Origin: Alphaproteobacteria bacterium | Lineage (GTDB): Bacteria; Pseudomonadota; Alphaproteobacteria; SP197 | Direction of reading: 5' to 3' | Assembly: GCA_965228895.1 (NCBI GenBank) | Contig: OZ245842.1 | Location: 2,368,001-2,432,000, forward strand | Length of the DNA stretch: 64,000 nucleotides | Shown here: positions 51,192-61,868 of the stretch, in pieces | How the letters are laid out: every line of letters starts with the position of its first letter | Position numbering within the stretch: position 1 is the first letter of the stretch | Notes under the pieces: model-generated | What the model saw: the letters and a program-made list of their open reading frames with translations, nothing else | What the model was told of the DNA's origin: nothing | Database searches by the model: none | Translations under genes and position numbers: made by a program

Positions 51192-53843
51192 TCACGCCGC
51201 ACTCAGCCGGGCCAGGGCATCGCGCAGGCGGTCACGGGCCTGGCTCGCGGTCTGACTGCGCTCGCGCTGCTCCTCGACGACCTCAGGCGGCGCCTTGGCC
51301 AGGAACTTCTCGTTGGCGAGCTTCTTGTCATAACCTTTGATCTCGCCCTCCAATTTGGCGATTTCCTTTTCAAGGCGCGCGCGTTCCTGATCGATATCGA
51401 TCACGTCTGCCAGCGGCAGCAGCAACGTTGCCTCGTCCAAGACGCCCTGGATCGAGCCCTCTGGGGTCTCGTCGCTGGCCGCCACGGAGTCCAGCCGCGC
51501 GAGCCGCAGGATCAAGTCGCGATGACGCTCCAGCCGGGCTGCGGTTTCCGATTCCATGCCGCGCATCAGCGCCGGGATCTTGGCGCCGGCCGGTACGTTC
51601 ATCTCGGACCGCAGCGTACGGATGGTCGAGATCAGGCGAACGACCCAGTCCATTTCGGCCATCGCTGCGTCATCGACCAGATCATCGGCATAGTCAGGCC
51701 ATGAAGCTCTGATGAGTTTTTCACTTCTTGTATCGCCGCCCAGCTTTTCCCAAAGCTCCTCGGTGATGAAGGGCATGAAGGGGTGCAGCAGCAGCAAGAG
51801 TTGATCAAGCGCCCAGGCGGTTGCCGCGCGTGTCTCCGCCGCCGCCTTTGCGTCATCGCCGGTCAGGATCGGCTTGGTGAACTCCAGATACCAATCGCAG
51901 AACGTATTCCATGTCGACTGGTAGGCGGCTTGCGCGGCGTCGTTGAAACGGTACGCGTCGAGCGCGCCGTCGATCTGCGCGCGAAGCTTGACCATCTCGC
52001 CGACAATCCAGCGGTTGACCGTTTCCTTACACGATGCCGGATCGAATGACGGATCGGGGCGACAGCCATTCATCTCGCAATAACGTGCGGCGTTCCAAAG
52101 CTTTGTCGCAAAGTTGCGGTACCCCTCGACCCGTTGCTTCGAGAGTTTGACATCACGTCCAGGGGCGGCGAGCGCGGCGAGCGTGAAGCGCAGGGCGTCC
52201 GCACCATACTCATCGATCAGGTCCAGCGGATCGATGATGTTGCCCTTCGACTTTGCCATCTTCTGGCCCTTCTCGTCGCGGACCAGGGCGTGGATGTAGA
52301 CCGTGTGGAACGGCACCTCGCCCATGAAGTGCAGCCCCATCATCATCATGCGGGCAACCCAGAAGAAGATGATGTCGAAGCCGGTGACCAGGACATCCGT
52401 TGGGTAATAGCGCTTGAGTTCCGGCGTTTCGTCAGGCCAGCCCAAGGTCGAGAACGGCCACAGACCAGACGAGAACCAAGTGTCCAGAACGTCGGGGTCG
52501 CGCTCCAACGCGACCGCCTTGCCGTAGTGTGCGGCGGCGGCGGCGCTGGCTTCGTCCTCGCTGTGGGCGACAAAGATCTCGCCGTCCGGACCATACCAGG
52601 CGGGGATCTGATGGCCCCACCATAGCTGGCGCGAAATGCACCAGGGCTGGATGTTGCGCATCCACTCGTAATAGGTCTTCGTCCAGTTCTCGGGCACGAA
52701 GCGCGTGCGCCCCTGCTCGACCGCCTCGATGGCCGGCTTGGCCAAGGTCGCGGCGTCGACATACCACTGCTCGGTCAGATAGGGCTCGATCGGGACGCCA
52801 CCACGGTCGCCATAGGGGACCATGTGGACGTGATCCTCGACGCCGGCCAAGAGACCTTGCGCCTCCATGTCCTCGACGATTTTCTTGCGCGCTTCGAACC
52901 GGTCGAGGCCCAGATAGGCGTCCGGCACATCGCCGCTGATGCGCGCCTCGCGGTCCATGACACTGACCATCTCCAGTCCGTGGCGCCTGCCGACCTCGAA
53001 GTCGTTGAAGTCGTGGGCCGGGGTAATCTTGACCGCGCCGGTCCCCTGCTCCGGATCGGCGTAATCGTCGGCAACGATGACCAGTTTGCGCCCAACAAGG
53101 GGAAGGATCGCGTGCTTGCCGATCAAGTCCTTGTAGCGCTCGTCATCGGGATGCACGGCGACGGCGGTATCACCCAACATGGTCTCGGGCCGGGTGGTCG
53201 CGACGGTGATGAAGCGGCCGTCCTCGTCCTCAATGGGATACTTGAAGTGCCAGAGGTGGCCGTTGACTTCCTGCTGTTTCACCTCAAGGTCGGAGATGGC
53301 GGTCAGCAACTTGGGGTCCCAGTTGACCAGGCGTTTGTCCTTATAGATCAGCCCTTGCTGATGGAGATCGACAAAGACCTTGAGAACGGCCTTCGACAGG
53401 CCTTCGTCCATGGTGAAGCGCTCGCGGCTCCAGTCCGCCGATGCGCCGAGGCGGCGAAGCTGGCGCGAGATCAAACCGCCGGACTCCGCCTTCCAGGTCC
53501 AGACACGGTCGATAAAGGCATCGCGGCCGAGGTCGCGGCGGTTAGCGCCTTCGGCCTCCAACATGCGCTCGACGACCATCTGCGTCGCAATGCCTGCGTG
53601 GTCGGTGCCCGGCTGCCACAAGGCGTCGCGCCCGCGCATGCGTTCGCGCCGGATCAGGATATCCTGCAGCGTGTTGTTGAGCGCGTGGCCCATGTGCAGG
53701 CTGCCCGTCACGTTGGGCGGCGGGATGACGATGGTGAACGGCTCGGCATTGTCGCGCCCGCCAATGGCGAAGCTGCCGGCGTTGTCCCAGCCTTCATAGA
53801 GTTTCTGTTCGACGCTCTGCGCGTCGTACGTCTTGTCCAGCAT
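51192..53843 (-). CDS. valS: Valine--tRNA ligase
   Basis: [30 protein letters not shown]-terminal coiled coil; start at MLDKTY. Confidence 0.98.
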   Translation of the reverse strand: MLDKTYDAQSVEQKLYEGWDNAGSFAIGGRDNAEPFTIVIPPPNVTGSLHMGHALNNTLQDILIRRERMRGRDALWQPGTDHAGIATQMVVERMLEAEGANRRDLGRDAFIDRVWTWKAESGGLISRQLRRLGASADWSRERFTMDEGLSKAVLKVFVDLHQQGLIYKDKRLVNWDPKLLTAISDLEVKQQEVNGHLWHFKYPIEDEDGRFITVATTRPETMLGDTAVAVHPDDERYKDLIGKHAILPLVGRKLVIVADDYADPEQGTGAVKITPAHDFNDFEVGRRHGLEMVSVMDREARISGDVPDAYLGLDRFEARKKIVEDMEAQGLLAGVEDHVHMVPYGDRGGVPIEPYLTEQWYVDAATLAKPAIEAVEQGRTRFVPENWTKTYYEWMRNIQPWCISRQLWWGHQIPAWYGPDGEIFVAHSEDEASAAAAAHYGKAVALERDPDVLDTWFSSGLWPFSTLGWPDETPELKRYYPTDVLVTGFDIIFFWVARMMMMGLHFMGEVPFHTVYIHALVRDEKGQKMAKSKGNIIDPLDLIDEYGADALRFTLAALAAPGRDVKLSKQRVEGYRNFATKLWNAARYCEMNGCRPDPSFDPASCKETVNRWIVGEMVKLRAQIDGALDAYRFNDAAQAAYQSTWNTFCDWYLEFTKPILTGDDAKAAAETRAATAWALDQLLLLLHPFMPFITEELWEKLGGDTRSEKLIRASWPDYADDLVDDAAMAEMDWVVRLISTIRTLRSEMNVPAGAKIPALMRGMESETAARLERHRDLILRLARLDSVAASDETPEGSIQGVLDEATLLLPLADVIDIDQERARLEKEIAKLEGEIKGYDKKLANEKFLAKAPPEVVEEQRERSQTASQARDRLRDALARLSAA

Positions 53844-53865
53844 CACGTCATCCCAATGACAGAGA

Positions 53866-53901
53866 ACGGCGCCGCCCGGTTTCCCCGGCGGCGCCGCTTT
53901 T
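53866..53901. terminator. Hairpin between popZ and valS
   Basis: CGGCGCCGCC-N10-GGCGGCGCCG. Confidence 0.55.
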
Positions 53902-53931
53902 ATAGACGATCGAAGCGAAAATTCAGCGTAA

Positions 53932-54567
53932 TCAGTCGTCCGCAGGCCGCCGCGACAGATACCGTACCTCGCGCTCGACGATCCGCTCGACAATGGCCGG
54001 CAGGTGTTCGTCCAGCCACTCGCGCAGCATCGGCTTCAAGAGCTCCATGGCCAGATCTTCGACCGGCCGGCCCTTCGGCACGTCGCGCAGGGGATCGGGG
54101 TCGGAGGCCTGGACCAGGCTCGACAGCGCGGAAGCGGCCGACGTGGCAGCGGTTTGCGACATCAGGCGTTCGTCGGATTTGTCGGGTGATTGTGCCATGG
54201 TTGTGTCTGCTCCGCCGTCGGCGGTCTCCTCGTTTTCCTGGGTCTCTTCCACTTCAGACGGAATGGCCAAATCGTCATCGGCCGCATCGTCCAGCTTTGT
54301 TTCAAGTACCAGAACATCGCCGTCGTCGGTGTCGTCGTCATCACTATTCAACGCGTTCTCTTCCGACGAGATAACATCGTCGGCTGGTTCATCACCGACC
54401 ACTTCGGTGAGCTCCAACACGTCGTCATCGTCGGAATCGTTGGCCGCAACCGCACCCGGGGCATCCCCGCGCGCCGCAGCCTTGTCATCGTCATCGACGA
54501 TGATCCGACGGATCGAGGCCAGGATGTCCTCCATCGAGGGATCCTGCCCACTGGGTCGATTCGCCAT
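53932..54567 (-). CDS. popZ: Polar organizing protein PopZ (DUF2497)
   Basis: [14 protein letters not shown], acidic disordered linker, [26 protein letters not shown]; tolC-popZ-valS synteny. Confidence 0.92.
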   Translation of the reverse strand: MANRPSGQDPSMEDILASIRRIIVDDDDKAAARGDAPGAVAANDSDDDDVLELTEVVGDEPADDVISSEENALNSDDDDTDDGDVLVLETKLDDAADDDLAIPSEVEETQENEETADGGADTTMAQSPDKSDERLMSQTAATSAASALSSLVQASDPDPLRDVPKGRPVEDLAMELLKPMLREWLDEHLPAIVERIVEREVRYLSRRPADD

Positions 54568-54642
54568 TAAACCTCGCCTTTCAGGCCTGCGCTGCACTCG
54601 ACAGGGCCAAGATTACCGGCGCCGCCCTTCGGCGGCAATGCC

Positions 54643-56013
54643 TCACTCCTCGACCTCAAGACCGCCCCATCCCCACCACGTGTCACGCGCCTCGCGATAG
54701 TACGCCTCGACATCGTAAATTTCCACCGGAAGCTGCAGACGTTCGGCAGTGAGACGGCCAATCGCCGATTGGACGGTATAGCTCGCGACCACCTCATCGC
54801 GCTGGGCGGTTACCAAATCAACCTGACTCTCGAACAGAGCCTGCTCGGCGTCCAGGATGTCCAGGACGGTCCGCTCGCCTACTTCTGCCTCGCGCTGGGT
54901 TCCTTCGAGCGCAATTTCGTTTGCCGAAACGCTCTCTTGGAACGCCGATATCTGGGCGCGCGCCGTGATCAGGTCTTCCCAGGCGGTGATCACATCGGCC
55001 AGGACCTCCCGGCGTGCCTCGAACGCCTCTTCACGCAACTGATAGACGTCCTGCTTGGCCTGCCGGATCTCCGACGCGACGACGCCTGCCTGATAGAGAG
55101 GGACCGTGACTTCCGCCATGATTGTCGCGACGTCTTGGCGGTCAATGGCGGTGCTGACGTCGTAGCTGCGCGTGTACGACCCGACCAAGTCGACGTCCGG
55201 CAACAGGTCCGCGGCCTCCACATCGACACCGTCGATCGCGGCGAGCTCGGCAAACTGGGCTTGCAGAATATCGGGGTGCTCGCTCTCGGCAATACCCGAC
55301 GCCTGTTCGCTGGTGCTCGGGATCCCGACAAGCGGACCCGGGCTCGACAGTTCTGCGGGTGGGCTGCCGATGATTTCTTCGTAGTTGGCCGCGGCCGACG
55401 CCAGGCTGCCCTCCGCGCCCAGGCGGTCTGCGACGGCGGTCGCCAGACTGGCCTGCGCCTGTGACACGTCCGTGCGGGTTACTTCGCCGACGCGAAACTG
55501 ATCTTGCGTGGCCTGTAGCTGACGCTCCAAGCGGCTTTCGTTGTTGCGATTGAGTTCAAGCACCGCACGCGCCAAGACAACGTCCATGTAGACGGTCACG
55601 ACATCGAGCAAAACCGACTGCTCCGTCGACAGCAAGAACTGACGCTGCGCATAGATCTGGTTCTCGGCCACCCGGGTGTTCGCCTCGGTTTCACCGCCGG
55701 TGTAAAGCGGCTGGGTGATTGTCAGGTTGAGCGAATTCGGATTGGACGAATCCCACGACGTCACATTCGTTTCGGTCCACTCTTGCGTCAGGTCGCCCGT
55801 TGCAGACACGGTCGGGCGGTAACCGCCAAGCGCCTGCGCAATGTTTTCGTCGACCGACCGCAACTGCGCGCGCGCACCCATCAAGGTTGGATTGCTCAGA
55901 TAGCTTTGAACAAGCGCCTCTTCCAAAGACTGTGCCTTTGCCGACGCGGCACCCACCATCAAGGCCGCGCCGACCACCATCCCGGCATACGCGCTTCTGA
56001 ACACAACGTTCAC
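54643..56013 (-). CDS. tolC: TolC-family outer membrane protein
   Basis: Signal peptide; QPLYTGG, VGEVTRTDV, VGERTVLDILDAEQ. Confidence 0.92.
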   Translation of the reverse strand: MNVVFRSAYAGMVVGAALMVGAASAKAQSLEEALVQSYLSNPTLMGARAQLRSVDENIAQALGGYRPTVSATGDLTQEWTETNVTSWDSSNPNSLNLTITQPLYTGGETEANTRVAENQIYAQRQFLLSTEQSVLLDVVTVYMDVVLARAVLELNRNNESRLERQLQATQDQFRVGEVTRTDVSQAQASLATAVADRLGAEGSLASAAANYEEIIGSPPAELSSPGPLVGIPSTSEQASGIAESEHPDILQAQFAELAAIDGVDVEAADLLPDVDLVGSYTRSYDVSTAIDRQDVATIMAEVTVPLYQAGVVASEIRQAKQDVYQLREEAFEARREVLADVITAWEDLITARAQISAFQESVSANEIALEGTQREAEVGERTVLDILDAEQALFESQVDLVTAQRDEVVASYTVQSAIGRLTAERLQLPVEIYDVEAYYREARDTWWGWGGLEVEE

Positions 56014-56052
56014 TGGGTTACTCCCACAACTGCGTTGAGATTGGCTAACACC

Positions 56053-56706
56053 TTAGAAAACAAAATCCGGTTTACGCACGAAACATGTCAGCGGCGGCAC
56101 CTGCGCATCAAACAACACACGGCCCGATACGGCATCACCACTGCGCTTCATCAACGTCGCCTTCCCCACACCATTGTCGTCTATCACGGTAACCAGCCGA
56201 CCACCCGAAGCCAGTTGATCGGTAATAGCCTTAGGCACCTCGCCACAGCGCCCTTCGATCAAGATAATCGCATAGGGCGCCTGTTGCGGGTAACCTTCGG
56301 TCAAAGAACGCTCGATCACCGGCGCATTGTCAATACCCAGCGCCGACAGGTTCTTTTCCGCTGCGGCAACAAGTTCGGCGCGATCGTCGATGCCGACGAC
56401 GGTCTCGGCCAATTGCGCCAAAAGGGCGACCGCATAGCCCGTCGTGCAGCCAATAACCAGTGCCGCATCGCCCGCACCCACGTCGGCAGCTTGCAGCAGA
56501 CGCGCCAGGACCATCGGTTCGGTCATGTAGCGGCCACCGCCCAGATGCAGGTCTTCGTCGATATAGGCCACATTCTTCAGCGGTTCCGGCAGAAAGGCCT
56601 CGCGCGGCACAGTCCTTAGAGCGTTGATCAACCGCTCATCCGTCACCTTGTTGGTGCGGATCTGGCATTCCACCATGTTTTCGCGGGCTTGGTCGAAATC
56701 GAGCAT
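56053..56706 (-). CDS. Protein-L-isoaspartate O-methyltransferase family protein (second paralogue)
   Basis: ARENMVECQIRTNKVTD, VPREAFLP, AYID; pcm-tolC synteny. Confidence 0.9.
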   Translation of the reverse strand: MLDFDQARENMVECQIRTNKVTDERLINALRTVPREAFLPEPLKNVAYIDEDLHLGGGRYMTEPMVLARLLQAADVGAGDAALVIGCTTGYAVALLAQLAETVVGIDDRAELVAAAEKNLSALGIDNAPVIERSLTEGYPQQAPYAIILIEGRCGEVPKAITDQLASGGRLVTVIDDNGVGKATLMKRSGDAVSGRVLFDAQVPPLTCFVRKPDFVF

Positions 56707-56792
56707 GTAATCCCTGCCAACCGATCGTGCGGCGCTTTATAGGCCCAGATCCCGATCGGCACAAACGCCAACAACAGCATATGTGAGCCCTG

Positions 56793-56821
56793 TTGACCGG
56801 GAGCCACACCGGGCCTATGAC
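56793..56821 (+). promoter_or_regulatory. Sigma70-like promoter of tRNA-Cys
   Basis: TTGACC-N17-TATGAC. Confidence 0.5.
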
Positions 56822-56845
56822 AAGCGCCGCTCGTTCTGACCCCAG

Positions 56846-56919
56846 GGCCCGGTGGCAGAGTGGCTATGCAGCGGACTGCAAATCCGTTTACATCGGTTCG
56901 ATTCCGGTCCGGGCCTCCA
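56846..56919 (+). tRNA. tRNA-Cys (GCA)
   Basis: Acceptor stem GGCCCGG/CCGGGCC, anticodon arm GCGGA-CTGCAAA-TCCGT, TTCGATT T-loop, U73 discriminator, encoded CCA. Confidence 0.97.
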
Positions 56920-57019
56920 CTTCCGAACATACTTTCAGGCAACGGCCACGCGCGGCGCGCGTTGGCGCTGCCGATACGCTGTGGTTCATGCGGCCATGCG
57001 GGAGAACGCATGCAGAATG

Positions 57020-57044
57020 ACTTATGGATTCATACTCCATAAGT
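57020..57044. promoter_or_regulatory. Perfect 9-7-9 palindrome (putative operator)
   Basis: ACTTATGGA-TTCATAC-TCCATAAGT. Confidence 0.6.
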
Positions 57045-57088
57045 AGTAATCCTTATTGATAGAAAATGAGGAACGTGTATGGTTGGCC

Positions 57089-57197
57089 GGTCGCGTCGAC
57101 GGCTATCCAGAGCGTGAACAGGGTTCCCGGCTACGCGATGTTGATAAACGTGGTATGAACTTGGGCCGATCTCACGATCGGCCCCTTTTCTTTATTT
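57089..57197 (+). ncRNA. Candidate small regulatory RNA (about 105 nt)
   Basis: TTGATA-N16-TATGGT promoter; 5' stem-loop, AU-rich linker, terminator GGGCCGATC-TCAC-GATCGGCCC plus U tract. Confidence 0.5.
57163..57197 (+). terminator. Intrinsic terminator
   Basis: GGGCCGATCTCACGATCGGCCCCTTTTCTTTATTT. Confidence 0.8.
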
Positions 57198-57412
57198 AAT
57201 AGAAATAGTTAGCTCTCTTTTTTAAACAAAAAAATCAATGTGGGAGGCCAAAAAATGTGCCCGTTCGGCATTTCGAGTTTGTCGGACGGACGGCCAACTC
57301 CTGGGCCATCGCAAGCGAGGCGCAACGATCAATCGTCCGCTGCTATGAGAGGTGGCAATACCACGCGAGGAATTGCCTTATCGGCTCCGGTTTCGCTGCC
57401 TGCCGGCGCCTT

Positions 57413-58702
57413 CTAGGACGTCTCGCCGCGTTTGTGCCCGACCCGCTTGAGGGTTTCCGGCACGGTAAGCGTGGCGACGAACGAAATCAGAGCCATCACC
57501 ATCAGCAGGTAGACCGGCGCATAGTCGTCGCTGGTCCGTTCAACCAGGTAGGTCGCGATCAACGGCGTCAGCCCGCCGAAGACCCCATAGGCAATGCCGT
57601 TACCGATACTGATCACCGTGCAGCGAACGCGCGGCGACAGGATTTCGACCATCATCACCGCATAGACCGCCCAGCCAACGGCAAACAGTATGGCAAAGGT
57701 CAACTGACCTATGATGATGTAGATCGAGTTCTCGTGATGGATCAGCCACCACAGCGGCAGCGCCAGGATACCAGTCCCAACGGCAGCAAAGATCGCCAGC
57801 GGTTTGCGGCCGATCTTATCGGAAAGCATGCCGGCAAAGGGCGTGACGACAAGAATGCCGAACAGCGCGAGCGTGTTGATGTCCAGGGCCTTGGCGGTCG
57901 ACACGTGCATGTGCGACGTCAGGTCGTTGACGGCGTAAACGTAAGCGACGAACCAGCCGACACCGGTCATGACGATCATGCACAGGTAGACAAAAATCGT
58001 CTTCCACTCGGTCCGAACCGCTTCGATCACGGGCGAACCGTGCTGGGCCTCGCTCTCTTGCATGGCCGGCGATTCATTGATGCCGGACCGATAATAGAAA
58101 CCCAAACCGGTAATGATGACGCTCAACAGGAAGGGTACACGCCATCCCCACGCGTCGACCTGTGCTTCGGTCAGCAAGGAGCTGACGAGCGCGCCAATAC
58201 CGGAACCTAAGATAAGGCCGACAAACTGGCCGAAGGTTGACCAGCTGGACACATAGCCCCGGTGCTCGGGCTGCGCGTGCTCGATAAGAAACACCGTCGA
58301 CGTCGAGTACTCACCGGCAACCGCAAATCCCTGAAGCAGGCGAAGCACGACCAATAGGATCGGCGCGGCCACGCCGATTGTGTCGTAGCCGGGCAAAAGA
58401 CCGATGGCGACGGTCGCGGCGCCCATGACCGAGATAACCAGGGTCATCGCCGTCTTGCGGCCGAGCTTGTCGCCGATATGGCCGAGGGCGAGCGCGCCGA
58501 TTGGTCGCGCTAGATAGCCGGCGGCAAAGGCGCCAAATGCTGACAACAGCGACGTAAACGGATCGTCCGACGGGAAGAAGTGCCGTCCGATGATTACGGC
58601 GAAGAAACCGAAACAGCCGAAGTCATACCACTCGAGCACATTGCCCAGGCCGGCCGCAGCTATTTTTGTTTTGATTCCCTGCGCCTTTGGCGAACCTGTC
58701 AT
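57413..58702 (-). CDS. MFS transporter, metabolite:H+ symporter (ProP-like) family
   Basis: GNVLEWYDF, ARPIGA, GDKLGRK, RLLQG...GEY, WGWRVPF. Confidence 0.92.
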   Translation of the reverse strand: MTGSPKAQGIKTKIAAAGLGNVLEWYDFGCFGFFAVIIGRHFFPSDDPFTSLLSAFGAFAAGYLARPIGALALGHIGDKLGRKTAMTLVISVMGAATVAIGLLPGYDTIGVAAPILLVVLRLLQGFAVAGEYSTSTVFLIEHAQPEHRGYVSSWSTFGQFVGLILGSGIGALVSSLLTEAQVDAWGWRVPFLLSVIITGLGFYYRSGINESPAMQESEAQHGSPVIEAVRTEWKTIFVYLCMIVMTGVGWFVAYVYAVNDLTSHMHVSTAKALDINTLALFGILVVTPFAGMLSDKIGRKPLAIFAAVGTGILALPLWWLIHHENSIYIIIGQLTFAILFAVGWAVYAVMMVEILSPRVRCTVISIGNGIAYGVFGGLTPLIATYLVERTSDDYAPVYLLMVMALISFVATLTVPETLKRVGHKRGETS

Positions 58703-58810
58703 CCCTGCCCCACTCTCCAGGGCGAGACTACTCTCGTGCCCTAACCGTCATGCCGCGCAACCAGGTCGACGGCAGCTTCCCCGGCTGCCGTTTCCAGTGC
58801 CGTTGCCGGC

Positions 58811-59170
58811 TCAGACGCATCCCTCGATAGCGGGACGCAAAGCACCCGACGTTTCCCCGTAGCCGTGAAGCTCGATCGTCGAACCAACGGTGTGGCGCCG
58901 CACACTCACATAGTAAAGATCACCGCCACCCATCACCCGCGCATTCTCGGGGCGGACTTCTGCATACTCACCAGGCAACAGTGGCAACTCGTAGTGCATC
59001 TTGCCTTCCAGCGAACCGTCCATCGCCGGCACCAGACAGGCCGAAGCCGAATTCACGGATGACGCGGTCACCCAATACTCGACCGGCGGCGGCTCGTAAG
59101 GTTGCTCGGTGGCACAAGCCACGAGAGCGAACACGCTTAGAAAGGTCGCTGCGACCGACCGTATCGTCAT
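58811..59170 (-). CDS. Hypothetical lipoprotein
   Basis: Lipobox LVAC; Cys pair; host-like codons. Confidence 0.65.
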   Translation of the reverse strand: MTIRSVAATFLSVFALVACATEQPYEPPPVEYWVTASSVNSASACLVPAMDGSLEGKMHYELPLLPGEYAEVRPENARVMGGGDLYYVSVRRHTVGSTIELHGYGETSGALRPAIEGCV

Positions 59171-59356
59171 GTTCGGACCCTTTCGGACATTTGGACGGTT
59201 ACCAGTGCGCGGTGTGCCTGAGTGTCCCACTGATTCCAAGCATTTATCAAGCCGCACATCCGCTGCGAACGCGATCGGGCCCGATTGATATGGCCTGCCC
59301 GGAACGAAGGCTGCAGAATAACTGCGAGCCGAAAGCCGTCCACCGCCGAGTCTTCT

Positions 59357-60571
59357 TTGCTGCATTCGCCTAAATCACGTTCAATCGCGGTTCTCGCGCT
59401 TAGCGAGGTGCTGGCGATGGCGCTTTGGTTTTCCGCCTCCGCCGTCGTGCCGACGCTGGTTCGCGACTACAGCCTGACGGGAACCCAGGCGTCACTGCTG
59501 ACCAGCAGCGTGCAGGTCGGTTTTGTCGCGGGCACGCTGGCAAGCGCGATACTGGCCCTGGCCGATCGTTTCGACCCCCGGCGTTTCTTTATGGTCAGTT
59601 GCCTCGTTGCCGCCGCCGCCAACGCGTTGATGCTTGTCGTGCCGCCCGACACCGGTTGGGTGTTGGTCTTGCGGTTCATTACCGGCGCGTGCATGGCCGG
59701 CGTCTATCCCGTCGGTATGAAACTTGCCGCGAGCTGGGCCAAGGGCGATCTGGGAACCTTGGTCGGCATCATGGTCGGCGCGCTGACACTGGGATCGGCA
59801 GCACCCCATCTGTTCAACGGTTTCGGCGGTGTTGATTGGCGTTTCACGATCGCTACGGCGTCGGTCGCTGCCGTTGCGGCCGGGCTGCTGATCAGGCTCT
59901 TCCAGCCGGGTCCGAACCTCGGCAAGTCACCGAAACTCGACCCAAGGCTGGCGTTCAAGGCGTGGACCGTGCCGTCGTTGCGCCTGGCCAATCTCGGTTA
60001 CCTCGGCCACATGTGGGAACTCTATGCGATGTGGGCTTGGTTGATCGTTTTCCTTAACGCCAGCTTCGCGATCAATCCGGGCGGATCGTCGGCGTCAATC
60101 TGGGCGAGCTTCATGACATTCGCCACCATCGGTGTCGGCGGCGCCTTAGGCTGTCTTGCCGGCGGGATGATTGCCGACCGTTGGGGTCGTACGCTCTTGA
60201 CGTCAGCGGCCATGACGTTGAGCGGCGCCTGCGCCCTTGCCATCGGTTTCCTGTTCGGCGGCTCCCCTTTGATTCTGATGCTTGTCTGCACGGTCTGGGG
60301 CTTTGCGGTGATCGCTGACTCCGCACAATTTTCGGCCAGCATTGCTGAGCTGGCCGAACCGGACCTTGTCGGCACCATGCTGACGGCGCAGACCTGTGGC
60401 GGCTTTCTTCTGACGCTTGTCACCATCCAGCTTGTGCCTTGGATCGTCGATCTGGTGGGCTGGCAATACGCCTTCATGTTCTTGGCTATCGGCCCGGCGG
60501 CCGGCGTTGTCGCCATGTTGCGCTTGAGAGCGCACCCGGACGCACACAAGCTTGCAGGCGGTCGACGCTGA
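59357..60571 (+). CDS. MFS transporter
   Basis: WFSASAV, VQVGFV, GVYPVGMK, GYLGHMWELYAMW, DSAQFS; start uncertain. Confidence 0.9.
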   Translation: MLHSPKSRSIAVLALSEVLAMALWFSASAVVPTLVRDYSLTGTQASLLTSSVQVGFVAGTLASAILALADRFDPRRFFMVSCLVAAAANALMLVVPPDTGWVLVLRFITGACMAGVYPVGMKLAASWAKGDLGTLVGIMVGALTLGSAAPHLFNGFGGVDWRFTIATASVAAVAAGLLIRLFQPGPNLGKSPKLDPRLAFKAWTVPSLRLANLGYLGHMWELYAMWAWLIVFLNASFAINPGGSSASIWASFMTFATIGVGGALGCLAGGMIADRWGRTLLTSAAMTLSGACALAIGFLFGGSPLILMLVCTVWGFAVIADSAQFSASIAELAEPDLVGTMLTAQTCGGFLLTLVTIQLVPWIVDLVGWQYAFMFLAIGPAAGVVAMLRLRAHPDAHKLAGGRR

Positions 60572-60586
60572 GCGACTTGTCGCGAC

Positions 60587-61711
60587 CTAGCGCGTGGCGC
60601 GTGAAACCGTCGATGGCCGGAACGCCGGCGCCAGCTTGACGCCGCGCAGCAGGCTTCTGGGGCGGAAGTAGATCTGCCGCGCCGCCTCGGCGAACCACGG
60701 TGTCTTTAGCATCACGTCGACCAAACGATCGCCCACGACATGATCCATCGCGCGGCGCATCATCAGTTTGGCGCCGTAGCCCGGATACTCGCCGGCCAGC
60801 ACGCGACTGGGCTCAGGTCCGTGATCCAACAGGTGATCGCTGACCGCCTGTGCCGCACGGCGGCCATAACGGAAGGCGTTGTAGATACCGCCGCCGGTCA
60901 ACGGTGAGACCAGGCCAGCGGCATCGCCGACCAGCAAGACGCGGTCAGTGGCGAACGGGCGAACCGGGCCGCCGCAGGGGATGAGGCCGGCGCGTCGCTC
61001 AAAGACCTGCGATGTATCGATGCCGCCGATCTGCTGCATGACCGAGAGTGCCGCATCAAGATCCGGCTTGATGCCACGCGCAGCGGCCAGCCCGACCTGA
61101 AGCGTTTCAACGCCGGGCACGGCCCACGTGATGTAACCCGGCGCCAGGCGTCGGTTGAGAACGCAATGCAACAGATTGGGCGCGATGCCACCGTCGAGGG
61201 GAAGGTGCGCTTCGATGCCTTGCAGGAACTGATCGTTCAGTCCGAGATCAAATGTCCGCGCGACGGCCGACCGCGCACCATCGGCACCGACCAGATAGCG
61301 TGTCGTGATGTCGATGCCGCGCAGCCTGAGGCCGTCTTCCTCGTAACACGCGCCGCGGTAGGACGTGCCATAACACAGCCGGGCACCGGCCATCGCCGCA
61401 TCGAGCGCCAGCCAGCGCAACAGGCGCGCTGTATCTGTTGCCAGGAAATAGTAACCGGGCTCGGTAAGGTCGATGGACGCCAGGGACGGCCCATAGAGCC
61501 GCACGCCATGGATGCGCCGGACAACATCGGGGGGCAGATCGATTTCCTCAGCGGCTTCCTTGACCAGGATGCCGGTGGTGTGGACGGCGGCGCCGGGTTC
61601 GCGGCGCCGGTCGATGACGGCGACTTTGAGGCCGCGCATGGCCGCCGTGCGCGCACAAATCAGGCCGGCAAAACTACCGCCGACCACGACCAGATCGTAG
61701 TCCGTCGTCAT
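60587..61711 (-). CDS. FAD-dependent oxidoreductase, geranylgeranyl reductase/FixC family
   Basis: VVGGSFAG, VGADGARS, VGDAAGLVSPLTGGGI; GGGGAG RBS. Confidence 0.85.
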   Translation of the reverse strand: MTTDYDLVVVGGSFAGLICARTAAMRGLKVAVIDRRREPGAAVHTTGILVKEAAEEIDLPPDVVRRIHGVRLYGPSLASIDLTEPGYYFLATDTARLLRWLALDAAMAGARLCYGTSYRGACYEEDGLRLRGIDITTRYLVGADGARSAVARTFDLGLNDQFLQGIEAHLPLDGGIAPNLLHCVLNRRLAPGYITWAVPGVETLQVGLAAARGIKPDLDAALSVMQQIGGIDTSQVFERRAGLIPCGGPVRPFATDRVLLVGDAAGLVSPLTGGGIYNAFRYGRRAAQAVSDHLLDHGPEPSRVLAGEYPGYGAKLMMRRAMDHVVGDRLVDVMLKTPWFAEAARQIYFRPRSLLRGVKLAPAFRPSTVSRATR

Positions 61712-61868
61712 AGCTCCCCTCCAAAACAAGCCGACATCACACAGTGTTGCCAACTAAGATGGCAATTTTCGGACCTGACGGCCACCTTCGGTTGATGTAC
61801 GGGCCATTGATCACGGGTGTCGAAAACGTTATGCGTCCCCTGCCCGCCAACCTCTCAGCATCGGCCAT

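Noticed and set aside
57100-57150. SAM-I riboswitch resemblance (TATCCAGAG...GGG...CCCGGC)
   Set aside because: Too short; lacks the GCAACC/GGTGC P3 core and has no downstream Met/Cys gene
56846-57400. tRNA-Cys as the attachment site of a genomic island
   Set aside because: No integrase follows, and I found no repeat of the tRNA 3' end in the window
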